Source: an uncultured Erysipelotrichaceae bacterium
GTDB taxonomy: Bacteria > Bacillota_I > Bacilli_A > RF39 > UBA660
NCBI GenBank assembly: GCA_902767245.1
Contig: CACXGO010000037.1
Coordinates: 1 to 61,224 of the forward strand
DNA: 61,224 bases
Reading direction: 5' to 3'
Shown one piece after another: positions 1 to 8,911 of this stretch. The notes below the pieces were generated by a model, which was not told the DNA's origin, did no database searches, and saw only the letters and a list, made by a program, of their open reading frames with translations. The stretch's first letter is position 1, and each line of letters opens with the position of its first letter. The translations under genes were made by a program, and so were the position numbers.

Positions 1-1
1 A

Positions 2-949
2 ACAAATAAGAGTGTAACATGGGCAAGTAGTAATGCAAGTGTGGCGTCAGTTGATAGTAGTGGTAATGTAAAAGGATTAAAAGCAGGAATTGCAATTGTT
101 ACTGTAACAACAAATGATGGAAAGAAAACAGCAACATGTATAATAAAAGTCGGGATGTCTTCCAATATTTCAAAAAAATATGAAGGTTCAACAATTAAAT
201 ACTATGTTGATGAGGTGGCAAGCAAATATATACTTTCATATATTTGGGTTTCAAATGCAAATAAACAATTTAAATTTGGGCATCCTAATCCAATAGGGGC
301 TGAAAAACCAGTTAAAGATATTATTGCAGATGAAATATCAAAATTTGGATTAAGTAAAAAAGCAATTATTGCAGTCAATGGAAGTGACATTTGTAATAAT
401 AGGTTTCATAGTGATTGTGTTCAAAGAAATCCAAGTTGGGAAGGCACCATAATTTCTCCATCAGTAATAATTGATGGGGAAATAAAGAGAACAGCAACTG
501 CTAGTTCATATATTCCAAATGGTTACTATGTTAACTGGGGTGTTGGTCAAAGTAATACATTAAAGTTTTATGGTGGTCGTGTAGCTGCATCTAACATGCT
601 AAGTGCTGGAATTAAAAATAATGGTTATTTTGGACCAGTCTTAATTGAAAATGGGAATATAAATACTAATTATTCTCTTTGGCCAAGCAATTCTGCTCTT
701 CGTACAGCTATTTGTCAAATGGATAGTAATAATTTTATAATATTAACCGCAAAAAGTGGTATGACAATTAAAGAGTTACAAGGCACATTTAATGCATTAG
801 GATGCACTAATGCACTTAATATTGATGGTGGAGGGAGTGTTACACTAGGGTATAAGCTTCCAAGTAATTCTGGGTTAAATCTGATTAAATATAGTGAAGG
901 CAGTTATGGGAGGTCATTAGCTGATAGTGTATATTTTTATGGAGATTAA
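2..949 (+). CDS. Surface/secreted protein, 3' part (5' end outside window): Big_2-type Ig-like domain plus phosphodiester glycosidase (NAGPA/DUF2233-like) domain
   Basis: Frame is open from base 2 (TNKSVTWASSNASVASVDSSGNVKGLKAGIAIVTVTTNDGKK, Big_2-like). C-terminal half carries CTNALNIDGGGSVTL, typical of the phosphodiester glycosidase family. Stop TAA 947-949. Confidence 0.7.
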   Translation, partial: TNKSVTWASSNASVASVDSSGNVKGLKAGIAIVTVTTNDGKKTATCIIKVGMSSNISKKYEGSTIKYYVDEVASKYILSYIWVSNANKQFKFGHPNPIGAEKPVKDIIADEISKFGLSKKAIIAVNGSDICNNRFHSDCVQRNPSWEGTIISPSVIIDGEIKRTATASSYIPNGYYVNWGVGQSNTLKFYGGRVAASNMLSAGIKNNGYFGPVLIENGNINTNYSLWPSNSALRTAICQMDSNNFIILTAKSGMTIKELQGTFNALGCTNALNIDGGGSVTLGYKLPSNSGLNLIKYSEGSYGRSLADSVYFYGD

Positions 950-951
950 AT

Positions 952-975
952 AAAGTAGCTTTTGCTACTTTTTTC
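952..975 (+). terminator. Rho-independent terminator
   Basis: Stem AAAGTAGC (952-959) / GCTACTTT (964-971), loop TTTT, then T-run. Confidence 0.7.
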
Positions 976-1166
976 ATTGGTTTAAAAGAGATATTTGTGA
1001 TCTAAATTGCTACTGCTTGGATATTTTATATATAAATAACAGAAATATTATATTTTGTTGAAAAATAAGAATATAAAAAATTCCCAAAATATATTAGTGA
1101 GTAGCTTGAAATAATCAATTAATTCTTTTTATTTAATTTTTTTTAAATTTTTAGTATAATTAAATT

Positions 1167-3035
1167 ATGAAAAGAGACAAAATAAGCATAGATAATATTA
1201 TTAGGAAATCAAAAGTTACAAATTTAAAAACTCTTAAAGAAGAAATAAGAATTAAGAAAAATTTATCATTAATTCGTTTTTTAATGCAATATTTAATTAA
1301 CATTGTTGAAGAAATTGATTATAGTAATGACCCTAATGAACTTTTGGAAAATATTAGATTTTTAAATTATTTAAAACCAGAAAATGAAAATGAGAGAAAA
1401 ATTTTAGAACATTTAATAAAAGAATTGAAAGAAAAAATTAATTTGAAGAAATCATCATTACAAAATAATAGTGTTATTTATAATGCTTTAAATGATTTTG
1501 ATGAACAAATAAGCTTATTTTTAATTGAAATACACTTTAATAAAGTTAATGACGAAGATAAAATCAATGTGCCTAAGATTGATGATAAAAAGTTAAAAAG
1601 AATTGTTTTAGACTTCGTTTTTAAATATAAAGACTATGGGCATTTAAAAATATTAATCTCTTTATATCCAAATATTTGTAATTTCAAATTAAATAATAAA
1701 ACTCTAGTTATTAAGATGCTTAAAAATTTTTTTGAGCATCCTAACGAAAGAGAATTTTTATCAAAAGTTATAACTATTTTTATCACAAATACTAATTATA
1801 TGATAAGTAAAAATGAAAAAAATGAAATTGCTTTACTATGTGACAAGTATATCAGTTTATTAGAAATAAGTGATTTGATTTTCGTTAAAGAAGTTATAAC
1901 TTCTTTAGATATTAGAAAAGAATTAGATTATGTTCAAAAATTAGAAGCATTAAAAGCACGTTTTAATCTAAAAAACTCGGAAATAGATAGTACAAAGTTA
2001 TCATATGAAATTTATCCTCAAGATTTAACCAATAGAAAAGTGATAACAATTGATAGAGCTGATACTCTTATTAGGGATGATGCATTTTCAATTGAAAAGA
2101 AAAAAGACGGAACATATGAATTAGGATTATACATTATAGATTGTTCTTCAATTAAAGCTGGGAGTGAATTGGATCGCTATGCGTATAATCATTTTTCGAC
2201 AATCTATGTTAAGAACACTTGGATACCAATGATACCTGAACCTTTGGTATATAGTTTTTCTCTGAACAAAGGATTAAGAAGAGTAATTGCTTATACTTTT
2301 ACATTTGCTCCAAATTTTGATTTAATTGGCTGTGAAATAGGACCAGCTTTAATAAATGTATCTAATAACTTAACATATTCTGAGTCAGGAGACATTTTAA
2401 AAAATGATGGTGAGTTATATACATTTTTAAAGGATGCCATTGATATATCAGAGGTAATGGGTGATAAATTAGGAACAATGACTAGATATCACCATTTAAA
2501 AGAGATAATTAGAGATTTAGGTGGAGTTTTTGAGGAAACACCTGAAAAGTATTTAGACGAACCAGGGAATAAAATAATATCAACTTTTGCAGTTTATTTA
2601 AATAATTATATAGCTTCGCTTTTTGATAAATTGAAATTGCCATTTATATATCGTATTAATGGTGTAACTAATTCTGTAGGAATAGAGACAGAATTAAGAA
2701 AATATTCACAAGATAAAGAATTATATAATATGTTAAAAACAGTTCAATGTTTGTACAAAGTATCGGAATTTTCTAGTATAAATACAGGTCATAAAGGGCT
2801 AGGACTTAATGCATATACTCAAGCAACAAATCCAGCAAGACTTTATCCATCTTTAGTCATTCAAAGAATGATTATAGATCTTTTAATTTTGAAAATCCCA
2901 GTTGAAGATTATATAAAGAAATATAAACAAGTTGCAAATTCTGCCCAAGAATTTACAAAATTGCAACAACGAAATTATAGTTTTACCACAGAATATAATA
3001 AGCTTTGTAAACGTTTGACATTAGAAGAAAGATAA
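1167..3035 (+). CDS. RNB-domain (RNase II/R family) ribonuclease with a novel ~290-aa N-terminal region; no CSD or S1 domains
   Basis: ITIDRADTLIRDDAFS (RNB motif I DxxDxxxxDDA), YELGLYIIDCSS (cf. HIADVS), IPMIPEPL (cf. IPMLPE), LTYSE, HKGLGLNAYTQATNPARLYPSLVIQR (cf. HFGL..YxHFTSPIRRYPDLxxHR). Confidence 0.75.
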   Translation: MKRDKISIDNIIRKSKVTNLKTLKEEIRIKKNLSLIRFLMQYLINIVEEIDYSNDPNELLENIRFLNYLKPENENERKILEHLIKELKEKINLKKSSLQNNSVIYNALNDFDEQISLFLIEIHFNKVNDEDKINVPKIDDKKLKRIVLDFVFKYKDYGHLKILISLYPNICNFKLNNKTLVIKMLKNFFEHPNEREFLSKVITIFITNTNYMISKNEKNEIALLCDKYISLLEISDLIFVKEVITSLDIRKELDYVQKLEALKARFNLKNSEIDSTKLSYEIYPQDLTNRKVITIDRADTLIRDDAFSIEKKKDGTYELGLYIIDCSSIKAGSELDRYAYNHFSTIYVKNTWIPMIPEPLVYSFSLNKGLRRVIAYTFTFAPNFDLIGCEIGPALINVSNNLTYSESGDILKNDGELYTFLKDAIDISEVMGDKLGTMTRYHHLKEIIRDLGGVFEETPEKYLDEPGNKIISTFAVYLNNYIASLFDKLKLPFIYRINGVTNSVGIETELRKYSQDKELYNMLKTVQCLYKVSEFSSINTGHKGLGLNAYTQATNPARLYPSLVIQRMIIDLLILKIPVEDYIKKYKQVANSAQEFTKLQQRNYSFTTEYNKLCKRLTLEER

Positions 3036-3051
3036 TATTCTTTCTTTTTTT
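3025..3051 (+). terminator. Rho-independent terminator overlapping the stop codon
   Basis: AAGAAAGA (3025-3032) / TCTTTCTT (3039-3046), loop TAATAT, T-run to 3051. Confidence 0.7.
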
Positions 3052-3095
3052 GTTCTAAAAAAATCTTATTCAAATAATATTTATTAGGTGATAAT

Positions 3096-3596
3096 GTGAT
3101 TAACAAAAAAAATATTTGGTTTTTGACTCTTTTTAGTTTGATTTTAGCATTAAGTGTATATTATGTAACAATGCCATCAGAAGTTTTATTAGATGTTTAT
3201 GGTAATGTTGATAAAAAGGAAGAAAATAAAAAAGAAGATGTGGTTGTTGAAGAAACAGACATTATTGCAGTATATCATTTAGAAGATGAAACTACTACTA
3301 CTAAGGAGTTAGATTTGTTAAAAATGAAATTAGTTGATGCCAAAACAACTATTGATGAAAAAAATAGTGTTTATGATAAAATAAAAGACATCGAAAATAA
3401 TAAAAATTTGGAAGCCAATATTGAAAAACAAATTAAAGATGAACTTAAATATAAGGCGTTTGTTAAAATTAAAGATGATACAATAATGGTTGTAATATCA
3501 TCAAAAAAGTATGATATTAGTATAGCAAATAAAGTAATGAAATTAGTTCAGAAGAACTTTAAAGAAACAAAATACATAACTGTTAAGTTTGAATAG
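3096..3596 (+). CDS. spoIIIAH: SpoIIIAH-like family protein (N-terminal TM anchor)
   Basis: N-terminus KKNIWFLTLFSLILALSVYYVTMPSE closely parallels B. subtilis SpoIIIAH (KKQTVWLLTMLSLVVVLSVYYI). GTG start preceded by AGGTGA. Size is about right. Confidence 0.6.
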   Translation: MINKKNIWFLTLFSLILALSVYYVTMPSEVLLDVYGNVDKKEENKKEDVVVEETDIIAVYHLEDETTTTKELDLLKMKLVDAKTTIDEKNSVYDKIKDIENNKNLEANIEKQIKDELKYKAFVKIKDDTIMVVISSKKYDISIANKVMKLVQKNFKETKYITVKFE

Positions 3597-3674
3597 GCTA
3601 ATTATTTCACTAAAAGAACCTTACCGCATAAAATATGATTGAGATATAAAACCACCCTAGGAAGTGAGGAAATA

Positions 3675-3881
3675 GTGAAAAAGAGTATTTTAACTAAACG
3701 TGAAAGAGAAGTTTTTAATTTGCTTATTATAAATAATACAACAACAGATATTGCTAAGAAATTAAAAATAAGCGAAAAAACTGTTAGAAATCATATATCT
3801 AATGTTATGCAAAAATTAGATGTTAAAAGTCGTGCTGTAGCAGTAGTCGAACTTTTAAAAATGGATGAATTGTCGTTATAA
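3675..3881 (+). CDS. gerE: GerE/LuxR-family single-domain HTH transcription regulator
   Basis: LTKREREVFNLL...TTDIAKKLKISEKTVRNHISNVMQKLDVKSR is a LuxR C-terminal HTH. I prefer GTG 3675 (GAGGAA 4 nt upstream) over the track start 3639, giving a GerE-sized 68-aa product. Confidence 0.7.
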   Translation: MKKSILTKREREVFNLLIINNTTTDIAKKLKISEKTVRNHISNVMQKLDVKSRAVAVVELLKMDELSL

Positions 3882-3884
3882 ATT

Positions 3885-3916
3885 AAATAGTATTAGTAAT
3901 AACTAATACTATTTTT
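3885..3916 (+). terminator. Rho-independent terminator
   Basis: 13-bp stem AAATAGTATTAGT (3885-3897) / ACTAATACTATTT (3902-3914). Confidence 0.7.
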
Positions 3917-3950
3917 AAATTTTTTACATATAATTAATCGAGGTGAAACA

Positions 3951-4883
3951 ATGTTAAAAAATATATTGAGAAAAAAATTTTTAATTTCGCTTACAGCAAT
4001 ATTTATACTTTTAGTGATATATATAACGAGTAATGAACCAGTTAAATTCAAGCAAGAATTATCATATGCCGATAATAATGTTAGTGTAAGTAGCGTTTAT
4101 TTATTAGATAGCTATGAACTTTTATCATTAGCGCCAGTTGGTTTATTAGAAGATAAAATTGAAAATAAAGCCAAAGAAATTGTCGACATATTAATTCAAG
4201 ATGGACCAGGAGAAAATAAAATCCCTAGTGGATTTAAATCAATCATTAATCAAGATGTGGTATTAAATGATATAAAGTTTAATAATGGCATTTTAAGTCT
4301 AAATTTTTCTAAAAATTTATTTGATACAAAAGAAGAATACGAAATAAAGATTATTGAAAGTTTAATTTATTCATTAACAAGCATAGATGGTGTTAAAGGG
4401 ATTGAAATATCTTTAGATGGGAAAAAATTGGAAGAATTACCAAAATCAAAATTAAAATTACCTAAAACTTTAGATAAATCATTTGGAATTAATAAAAAAT
4501 ATAATTTGTCAAGTCTTGATAATGTTAATAAAGTAACAATATATTATGTAAATAAATATAATGATAATTATTATTATGTACCTGTAACTAGATATTTAAA
4601 TAATAGTGAAGAAAAGGTAAGTATTATTGTTGAAGAATTAAAGGATAATAATTATAATTTAACTGGACTTATGAGCTTTATGAATAGTAATGCAAATTTG
4701 ATTGATATGTCAATTGAAAAAAATGAAATAACTTTAAATTTTGATAAAAATTTATATAATGATCAAAACAATAAAGAGGTTTTTAAAGAAGTAATCAATA
4801 CAATCAATCTATCTATTGAAGCTACATATGGCATAAGTTCTGTTTCTTATATTGTTGATGCTGAACCTTTAAACTTCAATTAA
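3951..4883 (+). CDS. gerM: GerM-like protein (N-terminal anchor plus two GerMN-type domains)
   Basis: TM/lipoprotein-like N-terminus and two repeated modules ending in ...GILSLNFSKNLF and ...NEITLNFDKNLY, as in GerMN domains. Confidence 0.6.
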   Translation: MLKNILRKKFLISLTAIFILLVIYITSNEPVKFKQELSYADNNVSVSSVYLLDSYELLSLAPVGLLEDKIENKAKEIVDILIQDGPGENKIPSGFKSIINQDVVLNDIKFNNGILSLNFSKNLFDTKEEYEIKIIESLIYSLTSIDGVKGIEISLDGKKLEELPKSKLKLPKTLDKSFGINKKYNLSSLDNVNKVTIYYVNKYNDNYYYVPVTRYLNNSEEKVSIIVEELKDNNYNLTGLMSFMNSNANLIDMSIEKNEITLNFDKNLYNDQNNKEVFKEVINTINLSIEATYGISSVSYIVDAEPLNFN

Positions 4884-4896
4884 TATAAAAAAACTC

Positions 4897-4925
4897 TTGA
4901 AAACTGAGCCAAACTATTGTATAAT
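4897..4925 (+). promoter_or_regulatory. Sigma-A type promoter for tRNA-Arg
   Basis: TTGAAA (4897-4902), 17-nt spacer ending in TG, TATAAT (4920-4925); about 15 nt upstream of the tRNA. Confidence 0.6.
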
Positions 4926-4940
4926 TTATTTGCTGCAACC

Positions 4941-5017
4941 GTCTCGGTAGCTCAGTTGGATAGAGCAATGCCCTTCTAAGGCAGCGGTCGGGGGTTCGAA
5001 TCCCTTCCGGGACACCA
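4941..5017 (+). tRNA. tRNA-Arg (anticodon UCU), CCA encoded
   Basis: Acceptor GTCTCGG/CCGGGAC, D arm GCTCAGTTGGATAGAGC, anticodon loop CTTCTAA, T arm GGGGGTTCGAATCCC, A73 plus CCA. Confidence 0.9.
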
Positions 5018-5028
5018 CTTTAAAAATA

Positions 5029-5057
5029 AAACTTGAACAAATTGTTCAAGTTTTTTT
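5029..5057. terminator. Bidirectional hairpin terminator (tRNA-Arg / convergent oxidoreductase gene)
   Basis: ACTTGAACAA (5031-5040) / TTGTTCAAGT (5042-5051), flanked by an A-run and a T-run. Confidence 0.7.
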
Positions 5058-6081
5058 ATCCCAATGCCCGTTTTAATTTTTCAACAAACTTTTCATTGTT
5101 TAATCCCATTTTAATAAATCTTTGACCAAAACGTGAATATAAGAGTTTGCTTGCTTTTTTTCTTTTCTCTAAGCTTTTTGCCAAATCTTTAGTTTTTTCA
5201 AAGTAAATATCACTTATATTTCTTTTACTATCTAAAGCCTCAATGATACTTAGAGCAGCATACATACCAGATTTCAAAGCATAGTATATTCCTTCGCCAC
5301 TCACTGCATCTACTAAAGCAGCAGCATCACCAACTAGAATATATTTATTATTGATAACTGATTGTTTATATATATTTTCAGAAAAAATTGGAATATGATA
5401 TCCTTTAATTTGATTTTTTTCAATTTCAAAATTAAATTTATTTGCAAATTTTATTAATGCATCAACATAATCCTTTCTTTTATAATTAAAATTTCCAAGT
5501 CCAATATTAGTATATTTCTTTTTAGGAAAAATCCAACCATAACCATTATTAATTGCCTCAAAATCAAATATAGTTTTATCAGTTAATTTATTGACATTAC
5601 ATTCTACACAAAAACCAAATTCTCTATCTTTTATGAGTCGACGACTATATCCATTAACGCCGTCTGCAAATATTAAATATTTAAAATGATATTCATTTTT
5701 TTCTGTCTTAATAGTGTTATCATTAATATCAATTATATTTTCATTTTCAAAGATGTGACATTTAACCTGCTTTAAATTATTGAAATCAAATTCAAAACGA
5801 TCAATTGTAATAATATTACTATTCAATTCAAGTTCTTTAGTAATATGTTTAGAATGAATCTCTACTTGTGTTATTTTTTTTGTATCAATTTTATCCATAT
5901 TAAAATTTAGCTTTTTAAGCATATTAACACTTTTACTAGTTAAACCTCCACCACATAGTTTTTCACGTGGAAATTTATTTTTTTCAATTATGCAGAAATT
6001 AATTTTTTTATCATCTAATGTTCTAGCAGCTGCAATACCAGCTGGGCCAGCACCAATAATTATTACATCAAAATTTTTCAC
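5056..6081 (-). CDS. FAD-dependent oxidoreductase, geranylgeranyl reductase family
   Basis: N-terminal FDVIIIGAGPAGIAAA dinucleotide-binding motif, CGGGL, and C-terminal GDAAALVDAVSGEGIYYALKSG motif. Confidence 0.75.
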   Translation of the reverse strand: MKNFDVIIIGAGPAGIAAARTLDDKKINFCIIEKNKFPREKLCGGGLTSKSVNMLKKLNFNMDKIDTKKITQVEIHSKHITKELELNSNIITIDRFEFDFNNLKQVKCHIFENENIIDINDNTIKTEKNEYHFKYLIFADGVNGYSRRLIKDREFGFCVECNVNKLTDKTIFDFEAINNGYGWIFPKKKYTNIGLGNFNYKRKDYVDALIKFANKFNFEIEKNQIKGYHIPIFSENIYKQSVINNKYILVGDAAALVDAVSGEGIYYALKSGMYAALSIIEALDSKRNISDIYFEKTKDLAKSLEKRKKASKLLYSRFGQRFIKMGLNNEKFVEKLKRALG

Positions 6082-6160
6082 ATAATCACTCCTTATAAGA
6101 ATTATAGCATATTATTTTAACATATGTATAAAAATATGTTAAAATGTTATTGGTGATTTG

Positions 6161-6874
6161 ATGAAAACATTATTTATTATTTTAATTATTGTTCTCATAT
6201 TAGTTGTATTAGCTTTAAGTTTATTTTTTATTATTCAATTAAAAGCTCGTAGATTTTTAAAAACTTATTTTAATGCATCTTCATTTAAAGATGCTTTAGA
6301 AAATAGTGAAATAGAAGCTATGGAAACGCCAAAATCGGTTTCTTCAATGGATAGTTTGTATTTGAATAAAATAGAAACTGATTTTCCTAATTTAAATATG
6401 AATGAACTTAAAAGTTCAAGTGAAAAAGCAATTATTGAAACATTAAAAGCAATTGAAAATAAAGATTTTGATGCTTTAAAAGAGTCAGAAAGAGTTAATA
6501 GTTATATTAAGTCTAGAATTGATGATTTAGGAGAAAATAATGCTTTATATAAAGACATTAAATTTCATAAAACAGTTGTCAATAAATATGAGCGAAATAG
6601 TAAAATCGCAACTATTTATCTAGCTAGTTCACTTGAATATTTTTACAAAAATGGTAGTGAAGTAGGTAAGAAAATTCAAACCAGGTATATTTGTGAATAT
6701 ATTTATATAATTGATGCAGAGAAAATTGGAAATGTTAAGGCTTTAGGACTAAATTGTCCAAATTGTGGTGCCCCAATAAAAACTTTAGGTAACAAATATT
6801 GCGAATATTGTAGTACAGGAGTTGTAGATACAATAAAGAAAAATTGGATTTTAAATAATATAAAAGAATATTAA
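6161..6874 (+). CDS. Membrane-anchored protein with C-terminal zinc ribbon (Tim44-like middle domain possible)
   Basis: N-terminal TM helix; CPNCGAPIKTLGNKYCEYCSTG near the C-terminus; ATG 6161 preceded by GGTGA. Confidence 0.6.
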   Translation: MKTLFIILIIVLILVVLALSLFFIIQLKARRFLKTYFNASSFKDALENSEIEAMETPKSVSSMDSLYLNKIETDFPNLNMNELKSSSEKAIIETLKAIENKDFDALKESERVNSYIKSRIDDLGENNALYKDIKFHKTVVNKYERNSKIATIYLASSLEYFYKNGSEVGKKIQTRYICEYIYIIDAEKIGNVKALGLNCPNCGAPIKTLGNKYCEYCSTGVVDTIKKNWILNNIKEY

Positions 6875-6904
6875 AAAAAGTGTTGAATTTCAACACTTTT
6901 TTTG
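6873..6904. terminator. Bidirectional terminator between convergent genes
   Basis: AAAAGTGTTG (6876-6885) / CAACACTTTT (6891-6900), with A-run and T-run flanks. Confidence 0.75.
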
Positions 6905-6905
6905 T

Positions 6906-8126
6906 TTATTCATATAATTTTGTTCCACAATTTCCACAGAACTTTCCAGTTACAGGAGTTCCACAATTAGGGCAGAACTTTGGAATGTTTGCTGTAACTT
7001 CTGGTTGTTGAGTTTCAACTGGTGTAACTGGCTCTTCAACATTTGCAGGACCAGCAGGAGCTGTTTCTCTTTGGAATAGAGTTCCTGGTTCAGGAGTATT
7101 TGTTTGAGGAGCATAGGCACCAGTAGGATTATTGGCTAAATTTTGATTTACAGCGCCAATTACATTAGCACCTTGATTTTGAGCCATTCCCATACCCATG
7201 AAGCCCATCATAGCACCATTTTCATTTCCTGCAGCAGTCTTCATTGCATCAGCTGTAGCAGAAGCCATTAAACCTGATTGAAGATTGGCATTTGAGAAAA
7301 TAGTTGCATCATCAATTTTATTAACACGAGCCATTGACTCATCAGTTAAGTTGATATCAGCTAAAGCTACATCAACTATTTCTAAACCATACATTTGCTT
7401 CCATGATTCATCCAAACAAACATTCATTTCATCTGATAAATCACTACCATACATACCCATATCGCCGAATGAAACTTTATGTTTACGCATAACTACTGAA
7501 ATTGCTTGAGTTAATTTTTCAACAAATTTGTTTTTTAGTTGACTTCCAACAACTTCTTCATATGTAACAGTATCTTTTGGATTAGCACCAATTACTTGAT
7601 TTACTAAGATAATTGGATCTGTTACTTTAAATGCATACTCACCAAAGAATGTAACTTCTAACATACCATATTTTTCATCTGTAATCTTTTTTGGTTGTGG
7701 AGAACCAAATTTGTTACCAGTAACAGTAAGTAAGTTAACATAGTATACTCTTTGATCTTTTGCTGTTTGTCCACCATAAGTGAAACGTTTCCCGATAGTC
7801 TTAAAAGTATCAATAATTCCTTTCCCAAGTCCACCAGAGAAAATACTTGGTTCTGATCCATTGTCATAAGTGAATGTTCCTGGTTCAGCAGTGAATTCTT
7901 TAATTTCTCCATTATCGATTATCATCATAGCCATTCCTTGTGGTACAGCAATTGCACTACCATTTGAAATAATGCCTTCTGAGAATCCAGGGTTGCCACT
8001 ACCATGATGTACTTCTCCTCTTTGAATTAATACATCTTTGTCAATTGTTGGGCAAGTGACAAACTCTTTAAATTGATCGCCTAATGAACTAGATACAGAA
8101 CTAGTTAAAGCTTTAATTAAACCCAT
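6906..8126 (-). CDS. SPFH (stomatin/prohibitin-like) domain protein with C-terminal double zinc ribbon, YdjI/COG4260-like
   Basis: N-terminus MGLIKALTSSVSSSLGDQFKEF and overall layout resemble YdjI-type SPFH proteins. A G/A/M/N/Q/P-rich linker precedes CPNCGTPVTGKFCGNCGTKL. Confidence 0.65.
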   Translation of the reverse strand: MGLIKALTSSVSSSLGDQFKEFVTCPTIDKDVLIQRGEVHHGSGNPGFSEGIISNGSAIAVPQGMAMMIIDNGEIKEFTAEPGTFTYDNGSEPSIFSGGLGKGIIDTFKTIGKRFTYGGQTAKDQRVYYVNLLTVTGNKFGSPQPKKITDEKYGMLEVTFFGEYAFKVTDPIILVNQVIGANPKDTVTYEEVVGSQLKNKFVEKLTQAISVVMRKHKVSFGDMGMYGSDLSDEMNVCLDESWKQMYGLEIVDVALADINLTDESMARVNKIDDATIFSNANLQSGLMASATADAMKTAAGNENGAMMGFMGMGMAQNQGANVIGAVNQNLANNPTGAYAPQTNTPEPGTLFQRETAPAGPANVEEPVTPVETQQPEVTANIPKFCPNCGTPVTGKFCGNCGTKLYE

Positions 8127-8154
8127 ATATTACCTCTTTTCTATTGACAAATTG

Positions 8155-8183
8155 ATTATAACATAAAAAAAAGAAAAATTCAA
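8155..8183 (-). promoter_or_regulatory. Sigma-A type promoter for the SPFH gene
   Basis: On the minus strand: TTGAAT (8183-8178), 17 nt, TATAAT (8160-8155). Confidence 0.5.
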
Positions 8184-8196
8184 CGAAAAAAGGCTT

Positions 8197-8808
8197 TTAG
8201 CCTTTAGAATATTTTTCTTTTACGAGATTATATAATTTTTTTTGATTTTCATACATAGTTTCCATATTTTTTTCATAATCAACATTTTCTTTAGCAACAG
8301 GTTTATTAGCTTTTATTTTTGGATATATTATGTCAATTTGTTCACTTATATTTTTATATAATTCTTTGAAATCAGAGTATTCATCACTTAATTCTAAAAC
8401 TGATTGATTCTTTTCTTTGTATTCATTGTAGTAAGTATCACAATCAGTTAAAACAGAATCGATATCTATACTTTTACCATTTACTCCTGTTCCATCAACG
8501 GTATACCAGAAAACAGGGTCAACACATTTATTCCACATATTGGTTACCCAATCACTAGTTTCAACTATTTTACTTTTGTTTCTTGAACGTACTCCATTAC
8601 ATGCATGAAGTAAAAGTAATATTATGATAAAAATAATGATTGCTACTATAAGGACTATAAGCCAGTACCAGCTATTTTTTTCTTCATCTTTTTTCTTTTC
8701 ATTTAAATCTTCGTTTTGCTCAAAACCATTGCTTTCATCATTATTTAAATTTGATTCAATTTCAGGTTCATTATTTAAATTTTGATTAAAATCATTTTCA
8801 TTATTCAT
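8197..8808 (-). CDS. Single-pass membrane protein, acidic N/E-rich N-terminus; function unknown
   Basis: Long ORF with one central TM helix (WYWLIVLIVAIIIFIIILLLL); AGGAGG-type RBS (GGAGGTC) upstream; own hairpin terminator at 8189-8205. Confidence 0.55.
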   Translation of the reverse strand: MNNENDFNQNLNNEPEIESNLNNDESNGFEQNEDLNEKKKDEEKNSWYWLIVLIVAIIIFIIILLLLHACNGVRSRNKSKIVETSDWVTNMWNKCVDPVFWYTVDGTGVNGKSIDIDSVLTDCDTYYNEYKEKNQSVLELSDEYSDFKELYKNISEQIDIIYPKIKANKPVAKENVDYEKNMETMYENQKKLYNLVKEKYSKG

Positions 8809-8911
8809 ATTTAGACCTCCGTACTATAAATAATTATATCACATTCTAATTAAAAATTAAATAGTTTTAAAAACTAAAAGTATTTAGTATAATATATTTG
8901 AGGTGAATTTT

